Part shown: one piece after another, positions 41,103 to 54,158 of the stretch | How positions within the stretch are numbered: the stretch's first letter is position 1 | Layout: the number at the start of each line of letters is the position of its first letter | Source of the DNA: Eledone cirrhosa | Taxonomy: Eukaryota | Direction of reading: 5' to 3' | NCBI GenBank assembly: GCA_964016885.1 | Contig: OZ024744.1 | Span: forward strand, 81,716,001-81,780,000 | Length of the DNA stretch: 64,000 bases | Program-made: the position numbers and the translations under genes | The notes under the pieces: model-generated | Database searches by the model: none | What the model saw: the letters and a program-made list of their open reading frames with translations, nothing else | What the model was told of the DNA's origin: nothing

Positions 41103-41290
41103 AGAGACTAAGCTTCGCGATTACCATTAACAAAGCTCAGGGTCAAACCCTAAAAGTGGCTGGCCTTCATCTGGGAAAACCATGGTCAAGTGTATGTAGG
41201 ATGCTCTAGGTTGAGATCGCCAAACAATCTCTTCATCTTTGCTCCCTAGAGCCGAACAAAAAATATTGTATACTCTGAGGCTCAAACAAT
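41103..41290 (+). pseudogene. Helitron RepHel PIF1-like helicase C-terminal remnant
   Basis: Motifs FAITINKAQGQTL, HGQVYVGCSR and TKNIVYSE. Confidence 0.85.
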
Positions 41291-42022
41291 GTAATTTATG
41301 TATTTTCTATTACTAGGAATTTCCATTATCGTTGTACAAATTATTGTAAAGTTTGTTAAAAAATTTGTTCTCTGTTCAACCTTTATTGTTGTAACTATCA
41401 ATTTTCTTTAACGTACTAGCTGAGAAAAGAACCCTACAATGAAAGAACATCTTAAAGTTTACCCAAGCCAAATGTTGTATTTATTAACATTTCTATCTGC
41501 AGGTTCTTAGCAAGCTTACTGGCGCTTTAGTGGTATTCAATTCTCATATTATTTTTGATTTATATGGTGCATATATCGCAGCTATTCATATGTTTTAAAC
41601 ATTGGATAACGATTGCTGATGTATATTGTATGACAGAATTAGCTGAAAAATATTTTGAATGAACAAATAAAAGAGATATAAAAGAGAGATGTTTGTTTGT
41701 TGTTCCTTCGCATATCACACGAAAAAAAACGGAAAGTGTCAATCGGAAAGTATGTACAGGATTGGGATAAGAGTATATCCAGGAAAGTTTATTGATACTA
41801 ATTTTATAACACCAAAGAAGAAGAAAGACATACCACGTATGCTAACCAGCCTGACTGCTATTTCTAGCAGGTTGGGAATCAACCACAAGGGATTCTTTCT
41901 GCGAGTTCGTTGTCAGTGATGATCGTATTTCGCGGCCTATGTCTCCGATTCCAACGGTGGTTTACACACACACGCACACGCACACGCACACACACGAACA
42001 CTCACACAGGCACACACACACA

Positions 42023-42095
<73 letters not shown>

Positions 42096-42214
42096 TTAGG
42101 TTTTGAGGGCGACTGGCCGAGATAAAGCGGCTAGTTGGTCAGTCGTCCTCTTTGTCTCTGTCTCTGATTTTTCGGACCCATGGTTTTTTTTACATATTCC
42201 TTTGTTATATTCCA

Positions 42215-42272
42215 ATACCTGATGATATCACCCGGTTCATATGGAACCTTGTCATTGAAATGATCATAGTAT
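42215..42272 (+). ncRNA. Type I hammerhead-like motif (family E)
   Basis: ATAC-CTGATGA-...-GAAATGATCATA-GTAT, with palindromic ATGATCAT. The base of stem II is imperfect. Confidence 0.65.
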
Positions 42273-42320
42273 GATAAACCTTTCAAGGATTTACACCAGT
42301 CCAGCCTCCTGTTATTTTAT

Positions 42321-42362
<42 letters not shown>

Positions 42363-42561
42363 CACACACGAACACTCACACACATATACACAAACACACA
42401 CAAACACACACACACTGTAAACAAGACAATGCATTCAATACAGATGTTTTCTCTTCTGCCGGTCTTCTCTTATCATTTGATTACCTTGGCGAAGCTAGGT
42501 GCCTCAGCTAGTAGTTAATAAATTTTAGCGAACAACACAACTTCCCTCAATTGTTTTCGTA

Positions 42562-42990
42562 ATGTTTTCATGTAAAAATAAAAGTAATATTCACTTCAGC
42601 ACCAGGAGATCCATACAAACATCTATCTTCGTGAATGATACCAGATTAGATATTGTCGACACTATTTCATGTATGTTGTTAAGAGATAAATTCCTACACA
42701 AGGAAATCCACTCAGGGCTTCAAAACGCTTGTAAGCCCTTTGGTAAGTCAGAAAATAGAGTGCGGTCAGATAATATCACCACCACTGAAACTATGGCCAG
42801 AGGTGTGTATAACAAATATGTTCTGGTAATCCTTTTGTATTTGTCAGAGACATGGATAACGTACAGTCAATACATCGATTTGCTTGAGAGATTTCACCTA
42901 AAATATATGAGGTGCATACTAAATATTAGGTGGCAGATACTAACACCAAGCTCTGAAATGTTTTAAAGAGCTAACTATCTCACCATTAAA
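42562..42990 (+). pseudogene. Degenerate RTE/BovB-like RT C-terminal fragment
   Basis: LLYLSETW..LERFH..RCILNIRWQ. Confidence 0.7.
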
Positions 42991-42998
42991 TTATCACA

Positions 42999-43215
42999 GG
43001 GCGGTGGATTGGCAGTATCGGTAGAGGGTCGGACGCCATGCTTTGCAGCATAGAGTACGGCCCTTTATGATCTGAGTTCAAGTCCCACCGAAGTTAACTT
43101 TGCCTTTCGTCCTTACGGGGTCGATAAAATAAAGTACCAGTCACGCACTGGAGTCGATTTAATCGACTTTCCCCTCCCCCAAAATTGCTGGCCTTGTACT
43201 TATATAAGAAACCAT
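42999..43215 (+). mobile_element. tRNA-derived SINE, full length
   Basis: Same family as 1521-1970, with a longer central part. Confidence 0.85.
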
Positions 43216-44194
43216 TAAATTATTACAGATCACTAGTTGAACAAAAATCAGTGGTGTGTATTAGGAATGTGTTCTGGTATTCCTTCTGTGTTTGTCCGAG
43301 ATATGGTCTATGATAGTCCATTCGGCCTTTTTTGAGATCTCTCCTCTTTTTAAATACAATACCATTCGAGTGGTCGAAACAATATATGTGAGATAGTATC
43401 TAACTTAGTAGGAAAGAAATTTTCACAAGTCCCTATCTCTTACTCTCACACAGTCCCAATAGATTCAACATGTCATTCTTCTCTTCATCAACAATAACGA
43501 AGAGGATATGTTCAAAATGGCTCCAGGTGTCCGAGGAAGTTGTGTCGCCTCCCAACTGTAGCAGGATAAATGACCACAACACTCAAAGCATATTGTGTTT
43601 CTTATCATAGATGTGCAGAACGACCAATTGTCCTTTCGCAAGATAATTTTCACGTGGATGGCTGGCTAAGTATATCCGAATCGACACTGTAGCAACAATC
43701 GAACTCGGATGACGAAACTAAAGATAAAGTTTATAGTTAACCAGTAAGACAAGGAGTGCACGCGGCTCGGAAAACCTCAGTTTTACTGATTGCTACCCAT
43801 TCTTTTCTAAACTCCGAGACTTTTTAACAAGCGTCTTGCTTCCAAACATACACATAACAGGCACATTAACACATCCTACTTTCAACATTGATATAGGGGA
43901 GTGTAATGGGGAAAATTTTTTTATACTAAAAATGCATATGGTTTCTTGATATTTAGAGTTCGAATCCCACCGAAGCCAACTTTACCTTTTATTTTTTCGT
44001 GGTTGATAAAATAAAACACCAGTCAAATACAGGAGTCTTTATAATCGAATTTCTTCTCCCCTCAAATTGTCGGACTTGTGTCTAAATTAGAAACCATTAT
44101 TATCGATAGTTTTCACAGTAAATATGATAATTACTAGATCTACTGTTTGTTGAGTCTTAACAACGACCATAGACAGACAGTTCTTTCCTAAATA

Positions 44195-44430
44195 CAGTGT
44201 GTTCGCTTTTTACGCGAATATGCGTTCGTGAACGCTGCGCGTAAAGTTAATTCGCGTAATTCAAGTCGCGTATTTGTTACTCTTTTACCCCTTTACTTGT
44301 TCCAGCCATCCGGCTGAAGCCATGCTATAAAAAACATTAAAAACCACATGCGTTATGGCGCAACGTGAATATTTAATAATATTTTTTCAAGACGCGTTAA
44401 AGCAAGTTCGCGTAAGAAGCTAACAGACTG
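44195..44430. mobile_element. Tc1/mariner-pogo type MITE
   Basis: Imperfect 24-bp TIRs CAGTGTGTTCGCTTTTTACGCGAA and TTCGCGTAAGAAGCTAACAGACTG, with TA on both sides. Confidence 0.75.
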
Positions 44431-44434
44431 TATA

Positions 44435-44760
44435 TGTGCGGTGTCCAATAAGGCAGTGTTTTGTAGGAGAGCAATTTGCGATTCCAGTTCTATTCGCTTA
44501 AGATACCCTTTCCGTTTCAGTGGGTATGGCTTCCAAAAAACCTATGACAACTGGAATTATCTTACTGTTGTTACCTGTCATCGGCTACATTTGTGAAACT
44601 TCGATCTTCAAGTCAGTATATTTTTTCAAGGTTATGCTGTCAGCTCCTGGGATGATAACATTAATAATCTGGCGTTCATGCTTATTTCTGAGTATAACTA
44701 CAACATCAGGCCTGTTGTGTTCAAGTTTGTGATCCGTGTGGATAGTGATGTCCTTCATTG
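44435..44760 (-). pseudogene. Degenerate R4-like restriction-like endonuclease fragment
   Basis: Minus-strand translation IHTDHKLEHNRPDVVV...KYTDLKIE...IIPVVIG...LQNTALL. Confidence 0.7.
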
Positions 44761-45003
44761 TCTTAGGTTTGTCTCTGCCACCAAGGGCGCATTTGACCTG
44801 CGATATTTGAACCCAGAATGTAATAGGATGTAATTAGATACTGCAAGCTATTTAATTTGTTGCTCTACCGATTCTGTCAAACATCATCCCGAATAATCAT
44901 ACTAAAATTACTACCTCTCCTAAAATGTCGAACGTTATTTTTGTTTACTAATCAGTCAAGAAGAGAAGACCAGTTATCGGAGACAGGTGGGAGAGAAAAA
45001 AAA

Positions 45004-45112
<109 letters not shown>

Positions 45113-46310
45113 ATAGTGTCCTGAAATCGGATGACTGATCCGTATGCTAGTAACAGATAAATCGATGGATCAAGCGATGGTGTTAAACCTAGCGTTGGAT
45201 TAAATCTATCACTCAAAATATTTGCCGGACAGGAGTAAAATATATTCGCATTGAAACATTTATAGATTCTGTTGATTAAACAAAGAACAAACATTACTGG
45301 TGCTCACCTAACAAGTTTCCTAAGATGGGTAAAAGGAATGTATATGTAAGGTACCGTGTATAGTATTATATAGTGTGTTTGCATCGTAGATGGAAGTGGT
45401 TAATGGAGATGCTTGTATTTATGGTAATAGATGTCAACAGTGCCATTAAATTTTAATAGAAGTGATCAGTGGAGCCATTATGTTATGATAAAAATGGAAA
45501 AGCGGTGGTTATCAGATAGAAGAAATAAATATAAAAGAAAATTACTAAATCCTAAAGAAAACCTAAGAGACATATATCTGGAATTCAAAAGTGATAAACA
45601 AATGGAATATTCATATATGAACAAATAATCTGCGTCATTGTCTCATCAAAAGGAAGACAACAACAACAATACAACAACAACAACAAGACTAAACAAGAAA
45701 CGTAACAAAAGAATATAAATACATAAAAACAAAAACAACAAAAAACAACAACAAAACAAACAAGAGAACAAAACCAAAAAACAACAAAACAAACAAGAGA
45801 ACAAAACCGAAAATCTACAACAATAACATTGACGAAGCTGTGCTTGACAACATGAAGATTAAGTGGAGACAGATTGCATGCAGAGAGACAAAAGAGTTGT
45901 GTAGATATTGAATAGAAAGATACCATAACATAGTGGCAAGAACGAGTGAGCTTAAACAAAAGAATTCCAAAACGAGACAATACATCATCTACAAAACAGA
46001 ACAGAATTGTGAACAATAACACAAAGAAAGCAAAGAAGAGAGAAAGAAGCATTGAAAACATAAAAATATTGCTTCAGCATCGTAAATGATCTATTGCCAG
46101 AGAATAAAGTTGGTTCTCTCCCTTTGCTCATTACTTTGATGAGGTGCCATTAGAATAGTTAAAGATAAGATTTTCAATCATTAAATCAGAGTTTTGCGTC
46201 TAAAACGTTTGTATTTCTTGCTTAACAAATAATACTACTTGAAAAACACCCTAAAAATAATTTTCGTTTTGACTTTAGAGCCTCATATACTTTAATATAC
46301 ATACATATAT

Positions 46311-46878
46311 GGTGGCTGCCAACTCGTTTTCGAGTACGGCCACTACTTTATATTCATGTAGGAGAACCCCTACCGATGCGCTGAACGAGTGTGACTTTTT
46401 AGTCCAGCCAGCGACTTGAAAACTCTGGTACAAACACTACACTTGTGACAATTATTGACACATAGTGCTGGGCCCATGGTACCATGTGACGACAAGTGCA
46501 GAGAGATCTCCTGATATAAAGCAATGCCTGTGCCGTGAAGCTTTTATAGTGAGCAAAGGCACTGCACAAAGCCAGTCCCACTCTCTTAACCAAGATGATA
46601 TTTACCAAAAAGAAGAACAAGTCAACATTATTGGATACCATCAGGATTGTAGGTGTTATATCAGAGTTTTCCTTCTCCTAGAATTCTGCTTTGACAAAGG
46701 CTAAGGGGTCATCTCTCCCGGTGATTTTGGATGGCCATTGACTCTTAAGAGCTCCTTTGCCCTTTGACAGGTTTTGTTTTTAGTCCTGCAGGATGTCCAA
46801 AGTCACCCTCCTCACCAAGAAACCTTGGTGGGGTTGCCAGTTTAGTCGCCAACGACTCGACCACGAGACAGGTTGTAC
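46311..46878 (-). mobile_element. About 600-bp bipartite non-autonomous RTE derivative with (TATG)n tail
   Basis: Near-identical to 57182-57785 and 60691-61292. The 3' part matches the RTE C2H2 end at 49012-49185. Confidence 0.8.
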
Positions 46879-46974
46879 ATACATATACACATACATATAT
46901 ACATACATACATATACATACATAGGTATATACATACATATACATACATATATATATGTATACATACATATATAT

Positions 46975-48360
46975 TGGACAGGATGAGAATGTCAGATATG
47001 ATGGACCCATAAATAAGGAGAGAACCAGAACTGAATACATCAGAAGAGTAAAGAAAATATGTCATCAGAACTGTCAGCGTACCACAAGTACATTGCCCAC
47101 AATACTTATGCTGTGCCAATTCTAACGCCAACATTTGGCCTGCTGAACTGGTCATTGCAAGAACTAAGTGAGATGGATGTTAGAACTCGCAAACTTCTCA
47201 GTGTTACTAGGAACTTTAACATCAATGGTGACGTGGATAGGCTATACTTCTCACGCAAGGAAGGTGGCCGGGGTCTAAAATCCATATTGACATCATATAA
47301 GATCCGGATAGTAACACTGAAGCAACATCTTCAACAGAGGAAAAAGGTTGGCAACCATCTTGCCCAGGTTTATGAGCATGAAGAAAAAAATATCATTAGG
47401 ATAGCCATTGATCTGGAGGAGAGATATGTAATAAAGCCTGATATAAATCTCTCCCCCAGAGAAATCTGAAGATCCTATTCAATGTTCAAACAAGAAGAAA
47501 AATTTGACCAATTTACAGAAAAAGTTATGCATGGATACTTGAGACGTAAAACACAGACCACAGAGGGGATAAACCACTCAAAAAGCCTGGCATGGAGTTC
47601 CGACAAGTTTATGACATCACACATTGAGGGATATATCTATGCAATACAAGAACAAGAACTCCCTACCAAATATCTGCTGCACAAAAGAGGAGGCCCATCA
47701 GCTGACAATAAATGTAGGCTATGTAAAACAAAGATCGAGGATGTAAGCCACATTGTTGCCAGCTGCGAAAGAATGTCATCTCGCTACTACCTCCCCATGA
47801 GACACGATAGGATAGCTAGAACTATCTGGAACGCACTTCGGAAAACAAAATTAACAACAAACGAGGAAGAATATATTGAGACAGATGGCACTAAGGAATA
47901 CTGGTGGAACCTGAAAATAAAAACTGCCACCAAATTAAAGCACAACCCGCCTGATATTGTTGTTTGGGACCACACATTGAAAACGTGTTCTGTTGTGGAG
48001 ATCAGCTGCCCACTTGATGTAAACGTTGTCAGAAAAATACAGGAGAATGAGGACATCTACGGTCCATTGATGAGGAGTTTACAAATCCAGTATCCAAGAT
48101 ACACCTTTAGCTTCATACCCATCATTATTGGAGCTACAGGTTATATACCAACCCGCTTGGACCAAAGTATGACTGAACTTGGATTTGCGGACAAAGAGCG
48201 CAGCACCCTAATTCATAGTCTACAAATGGCTGCGATAGCTGGCACCTTCAAAGTTTGCAAAACATTCTTGCGTTCAAGGGATGACAATTTCTTTTCTTTT
48301 ACAACCTTGCCACCAGGAAGGTGGCCGGTCAAAAATATACTCGAAATTAAGAGAAAGAGA
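46975..48360 (+). mobile_element. 5'-truncated R4/Dong-like element (RT C-terminus, CCHC and RLE) in (CATA)n
   Basis: Motifs NTYAVP, RLYFSRKEGGRGL, CRLC..EDVSHIVASC, RHD, PDIVVWD..VEISCP and IPIIIGATG. Confidence 0.85.
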
Positions 48361-49011
48361 GACATATATACATACAAAAATATAACATACAAACATCCAT
48401 ACATACATATATACATACGTACGTACATACGTACATACATACGTACGTACATACATACGTACGTACATACATACGTACATACATACGTACGTACATACAT
48501 ACGTACGTACATACATACGTACGTACATACATACGTACATACATACATACGTACGTACATACATACGTACGTACGTACAGGTCTGTGTGCAGGTATGGAT
48601 GTTATTGCATGTGTGGATGTGCATGTTTTAAGTTATATGTGTGCATTAGTATATTCTTTGTATCTGTACATTATGTATGTACATACGTACGTACGTACAT
48701 ACATAATGTGCAGATACAAAGCATATACTAATGCACACACATAATTCAAAACATGCACATCCACACATGCAATAACATCCATACCTGCACACACACACAT
48801 GCATGCAGACATACATACTTATCTACCTAGTTGATGTTGTGTAAATTCCAATGAGAGAGTCTTGTAACTATGTTAGAAACCGACTCTCTCTCTATTGGCA
48901 AACATTTGTGAAATTATAAAACCAGAAGAACATACATACATACATACATACATACATACATACATACATACATACATACATACATACATACATACATACA
49001 TACATACATGC

Positions 49012-49502
49012 ATGGTGGCTGCCAACTCGTTTTCGAGTATGGCCACTACTTTATATCCATGTAGGAAAACCCCTACCGATGCACTGAACGAGTGTGACAT
49101 TTTAGTCCAGCCAGCGACTTGAAAACTCTGGTACAAACACTACACTTGTGACAATTATTGACACCTAGTGCTGGGCCCATGGCACCATATGACCCAAGGT
49201 ATCGTGTGAGATCACTACTCGATCTGCATACCCTTCCACAAACATTACATGTCGTCGTCTGATGAACACTTATAGCTCCACAGGTGCCTGCTTCCCTGTT
49301 CTTGTGCACTCTCAGGTGACTCTTTAGAGCTGCCATGCTCAGACAAACGTTATTACAGGTCTTACATGTCAGGTCAGGCTGTCTGTCAGTGCCTTCGGGA
49401 AGGCCAACATGGATTCCTTTCCGAACATCTCTTTTTAGTGTCGCGTGTCTTCTTCTTGTTTCCTCAAATAGACTCTTGCCACTAGCCACTGCTTTCCTCC
49501 AA
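49012..49502 (-). mobile_element. 3' end of an RTE/BovB-like LINE with three C2H2-like zinc fingers
   Basis: Motifs WRKAV..FEETRR, CKTC..LKSHLRVH, CNVC and CSVC..LKCHTRSVHR*, followed by a (TATG)n tail. Confidence 0.8.
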
Positions 49503-49912
49503 TGCATACATACATACATACATACATACACACATACATAAAGCACAGATACAAAACATGTGCACATGCGCACATATAACTCAAAACATACACAGTCACA
49601 CTTACAATAACATCCATACCTGCACACACACACACATGCATACATATCTACGTAGTTGATGTGTAAATTCCAATGAGAGAGTCTTGTATCTATGTTAGAA
49701 ACCGCCTCTCTCTCTATTGGTAAAAATTTATAAAATTATATAACCAGGCGAACATACATACATACATGCATAAATGCATACTTACATACATACATACATA
49801 CATACATATATACATACATTCATACATACATACATACATACATACATACATACATACATACATGTATACATGTATACATACATGTGTACCTGTCTCTACC
49901 ACACCAATTCGG

Positions 49913-49982
49913 ACTGCCTGAAGACGTCACAGCCAATGATGGCTGTCACCGAAATATACGAAATATACTCGTATATAGCAGT
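49913..49982 (+). ncRNA. Type I hammerhead ribozyme
   Basis: ACTGC-CTGAAGA-cGTcACAGCCAatgaTGGCTGTcACc-GAAATATACGA-aatatac-TCGTATATA-GCAGT. Stem III is 8 bp and the triplet is AUA. (TA)n lies about 57 nt downstream. Confidence 0.85.
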
Positions 49983-50033
49983 ATATCTATAATTTATAAT
50001 AAACGAAGTCAAAATTTACCTATTTGACTTAAC

Positions 50034-50130
<97 letters not shown>

Positions 50131-50649
50131 TGTGTGTGTGTTTGTGTGTGTGTCTGTGTTAATAAAGAAAACAGTTCGACTTTTTCATACTTAAATAAAT
50201 TATGTACATTTCAGATGTATCTGACGACAGTTATGTATGAGTAAAGTAAGCTCAACAGGTCCTCATTAGACGCTATTTCACAAAACTGATGATATGCAGA
50301 AAGTAGAATACATGTTATTTGTTGATCGTCCAAAATTTAGTCAACATGCTGGCCTGACTAACACATTTGGTGCACTACTATATTGTGAATACGCCCCCCA
50401 CTAGCATACAGGGAGAAACAGAGACACACTACTAATTCTATATGTTGACCGAATTTTAGACAATTAACAATATCTGCCTTACCGTCTGCATATCACCAAC
50501 TTAGTGAAATAGGGAGTAAGCTTTCCCCCAACTCAATAATCCTTCATTAGCTGATAGATTAAATGGATTTTGGCTTATGCGAGGGGTAAGAGTTGATGGA
50601 TAAAATGAGAGGGGCAGTGCTGTAAATAGAATGGTTAAGAGTTTAGAGT

Positions 50650-50924
50650 GGAGGCACGTGGCCTAGTGGTAAGAGCGTTGGACTTATGATCATAATGTCG
50701 TGGGTTCGATTCCTGGGCTGCGTGTTGTGTTCTTGAGCAAAACACTTCATTTCACGTTGCTCCAGTATACTCAGCTGAAAATGAGTACCAGCAATGGCTG
50801 GAGGTTTAACCCTGCGATGGACTGGCGTCCTGTCCAGGGGGGGAGTCGTGTTCTCTCAGTCGCTTCACGCCATGAAACCGGGGATAAGCACCGGCCAAAT
50901 GAGCCTTCTGGCTTTAGACAGACT
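50650..50924 (+). mobile_element. Second tRNA-derived SINE family with 15-bp target-site duplication
   Basis: A box TGGCCTAGTGG and B box GGTTCGATTCC. TSD TTAAGAGTTTAGAGT at 50635-50649 and 50925-50939. Confidence 0.88.
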
Positions 50925-51021
50925 TTAAGAGTTTAGAGTTGGGAGTGAGTAGAGTGAAGGTTGGCTCTAATGAGACAACGAGAGGACTGGTGTGTAACGA
51001 CCGGATGAAACTGTGTTGTAA

Positions 51022-51220
51022 ATAATTGTTTCTATTTTTAGCACAAGGCCAGCAATTATCTCAGTGCATTACTTGTACTTTATTACTTTATTTTATCGAT
51101 CCCGTAAGGATGAAAGGCAAAGTTAACCTCGGCGGGATTTGAACGTAGATTGTAAGGGCCGTAACTCCATGCTGCAAACCATGGCGTCCGACCTTCTACC
51201 GATACTGCCAATCCACCGCC
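51022..51220 (-). mobile_element. tRNA-derived SINE
   Basis: Reverse-complement copy of the 1521-1970 family. Confidence 0.85.
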
Positions 51221-51595
51221 AGTAAAATAATGTATCTTGCTCAAGGGCAAAATGCATCGCTCTTTCCTCGAATTGAACTCACAACGCTCAAACCACTAAA
51301 CCACTCGCCTACACCCCACCCACACCACACATATATACATATTGAACCCAGGCCGTAAAGTGCCGGAATTCTATACTGCAAGGTATGGTCTCCAACCCTC
51401 TACCGATACTGCCAATCCACCTTGTAAATAATGGCTAAGCAAGACGATGTAGCTCGATTATCGGGTCGTAGAGGGTAACATGATGGTAGTAAATGCTAAA
51501 GACGAAGGTGAAGGAGGTGGAGTTAGGATTTAAGACAAGGCTTCATGAAGTAGAGAAGGAAAAGAAGAATCTTATATATATATAGTGACTGATTA

Positions 51596-52320
51596 AAGTC
51601 TGGTTCTGAGATAAAATTAAGAAAAAAATGAACAGTTCTTTAAAATAAATGTAGAAAAACTAAATCATTGCATAGTCTGTCTCGACTACAAAGAGAATTA
51701 TATTAGTCAGACCGGTAACACTTTGTGTGAACAAGTCACACTACGCAAACACATTTTCTGTTAAAACATATAGAGATCTCAAATGTAGGACATGTAATAG
51801 TGACATCCTCAACTATTTCAAGTCTGGTTCTGAGTTAAAATAAAAAAAATATAATCCTTTAAAATAAATGTAGAAATAAACTCCAAAACAGAAAATATTG
51901 TATAGTCTGTCTATATTGTATTGGTCAGATTAGTAACTCTTTGAGTGAACAAGTCAGAGTATACAAGCAGATATCAAAATCGGAACTAAAGAAAATCCCA
52001 CTAAGCCAACATTTAGAAGTTTGGTGGAACAGCAAATTGAACATATTCCCTCTTTATATAAATGTTTAAATGATGATCCAAAGTGCAGAGTAGAAATGGA
52101 AAAGTACAGTATAGAGAAATTAACTCCGAAACTAAACCATGACACTCTACTTAAAGAGATGCAACAATAAACATAGAGTACTTCCAGTTTGACTACCATT
52201 TTTATAACAACTAAATTTTATTATATATTGAAATGTCTCGTGAAAGACCAAAGCGCTAAATGAAAATGATAAACAGTGGTGTAATTACTGTTGACAAATG
52301 ACAAATATACATTATTGACA
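51596..52320 (+). mobile_element. Degenerate Penelope-like GIY-YIG 3' region with partial tandem duplication and decayed HHR
   Basis: HCIVC..KENYISQTGNTL..., LSQHL...RVEMEKYSIEKLTPKLN. It is followed by TTGAAAT-GTCTcgtgaaAGAC-CAAA-GCGCTA at about 52228-52258 and then (TA)n. Confidence 0.6.
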
Positions 52321-52371
52321 TGTGTATATTTATATGTATATGTATATGTACATGTATATATATATGTTTGT

Positions 52372-52471
<100 letters not shown>

Positions 52472-52665
52472 TAAAATAACAGGAGGCTGGACTGGTGTAG
52501 TTCCTTAAATGGTTTATTATTCAGTGACCGGGTTCAGTATGAATCTGGTGACATCATCAGGTATTCGAAATTTAATAAAGGAATATAATAGGCAAAATCC
52601 ATGGGGCTGAAAAGCAGAGACAGGAGGGCGGTCGAATCCTAACCCTAACCCTAAACCTAAATATA

Positions 52666-52726
<61 letters not shown>

Positions 52727-53150
52727 ATAATAACAAATTTGAAGACTAAAATCCAAAGAGGGCTCGATAAGGATAAATATATATTAAATATATAAGAACA
52801 GTAGAGCAAATATATATATAGTTTCGTTGACAAATATATCAATGTGCCCAGACACGCAGATATAATAAAACAATGTATTTCTAAGCACTCTTTGGTTATT
52901 CCTAAACCTATATATATATATATATCTCACGATAAATTAACGAAGCCATAGACTCTCGTTATTTCCTGTCAGTAATGTGGTCAAAGGAAAAGGAATCTTG
53001 AACTCTTTAAAATACAAAATGTTGAAAAGGTAACACACTAGAAAGAGAGGGAGAGACAGAGATAGTGCGCTATCAATAAAACAGGGTAGAAACACAATAA
53101 TTAAAAATAAGAATTAAAATGTATATACGCACCTCTATAACTATATAACA

Positions 53151-53231
53151 CACGCGTACAAATCCTAAGAGATCTGTTTCGCCAGGAAGTTGTTGACTGA
53201 AATGGAATAGCCTATGGTTCATCAGCGCGTG
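53151..53231 (-). ncRNA. Type I hammerhead ribozyme
   Basis: Minus strand reads CACGCG-CTGATGA-aCCA...TGGc-GAAACAGATCT-ctta-GGATTTGTA-CGCGTG, with GUA triplet. Confidence 0.82.
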
Positions 53232-53454
53232 CAAGACTATACATTCCAGACAACTCTAAGAGAATCTAAAGCGACCATCCAGCTACACGCGGCAGAGAGA
53301 TGTCACAGCGTGTTTAGGGCAGTGAACCAGTGGTATCTGAGGGACGAGCTGCTAGAAAGGGCAGCCCCAAAACCACTCAAAGAAGTTATAGATTCCATAC
53401 ACTGGGTGTTTTCCCTGTTTTATTGATGTCTCTCTCTCTCTCTCTCTCTCTCTC

Positions 53455-53522
<68 letters not shown>

Positions 53523-53587
53523 TCTCTCTCTAGTCTACAACCTTTTCAACATATTGTATATATATATACAATATATATATATATATA

Positions 53588-54121
53588 TGAATGTATGTAT
53601 AGTATATTTGGCAATATACCGTATGTTTAATTAAAAACATTTTGAAGACCTTGCGCTATCATTTTAAAGTAGTGACTATGTCACTTACTTATTTTTTCGG
53701 CAAAGGAAGGGAGAGAAGCTGACAGATTCTGTTTCACCCTGTTGGTGTTCCTCAGAGCAAAGTACTCTGCCGAAAATTATAGAGGCTGGATTCTTATAAA
53801 ATTCCAGTAATAATCAGGAACTGATTATAGAGAGCGATTGCCGGTCCAGCAAAAATTAAAAATTAGGATGGTGCTCTGAAATAGCGATGTATACATGAAT
53901 GTATGTATAGTATATTTGGTAATATACCGTATGTTTAATTAAAAACATTTTGAAGACCTTGCGCTATTGTTTTTACGAAAAAAGAAGTAAGTGGCATAGT
54001 CACTTCTTTAAAAAGAATAGCGCAAGGTCTTCAAATTGTTTTTAATTAAACATACGGTATATTACCAAATATTCTATACATACATTCATGTATACATCGC
54101 TATTTCAGGCCACCAATCATA

Positions 54122-54125
<4 letters not shown>
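53588..54125. mobile_element. Non-coding element with 308-bp period, HHR and inverted duplication, between (TA)n tracts
   Basis: 53588-53660 recurs at 53896-53968. About 53975-54107 is inverted relative to these. Confidence 0.65.
53718..53758 (-). ncRNA. Type I hammerhead ribozyme
   Basis: Minus strand reads GCT-CTGAGGA-acACCaacagGGT-GAAACAGA-a-TCTGTC-AGC, with GUC triplet and a short stem I. Confidence 0.65.

Positions 54126-54158
<33 letters not shown>

Larger units (their letters stand above)
40408..42511 (+). mobile_element. Internally deleted Helitron with nested repeats
   Basis: 5' end A|TCTATACTATAAA, a PIF1 helicase remnant, and a 3' hairpin ACCTTGGCgaaGCTAGGT followed by CTAG|T at 42508-42512. 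Confidence 0.7.

Noticed and set aside
49073-49502. Host C2H2 zinc-finger gene
   Set aside because: The fingers follow an RTE C-terminal motif and are followed by the element 3' UTR and (TATG)n tail, repeated many times nearby.
50273-50512. CTGATGA-tatgca-GAAA at about 50285
   Set aside because: It lies in one arm of a decayed inverted repeat (MITE-like) whose other arm lacks the core, and there is no stem I.
50650-50720. tRNA gene
   Set aside because: The A/B boxes continue into a SINE body flanked by a 15-bp TSD, and there is no intact acceptor stem or T-run terminator.
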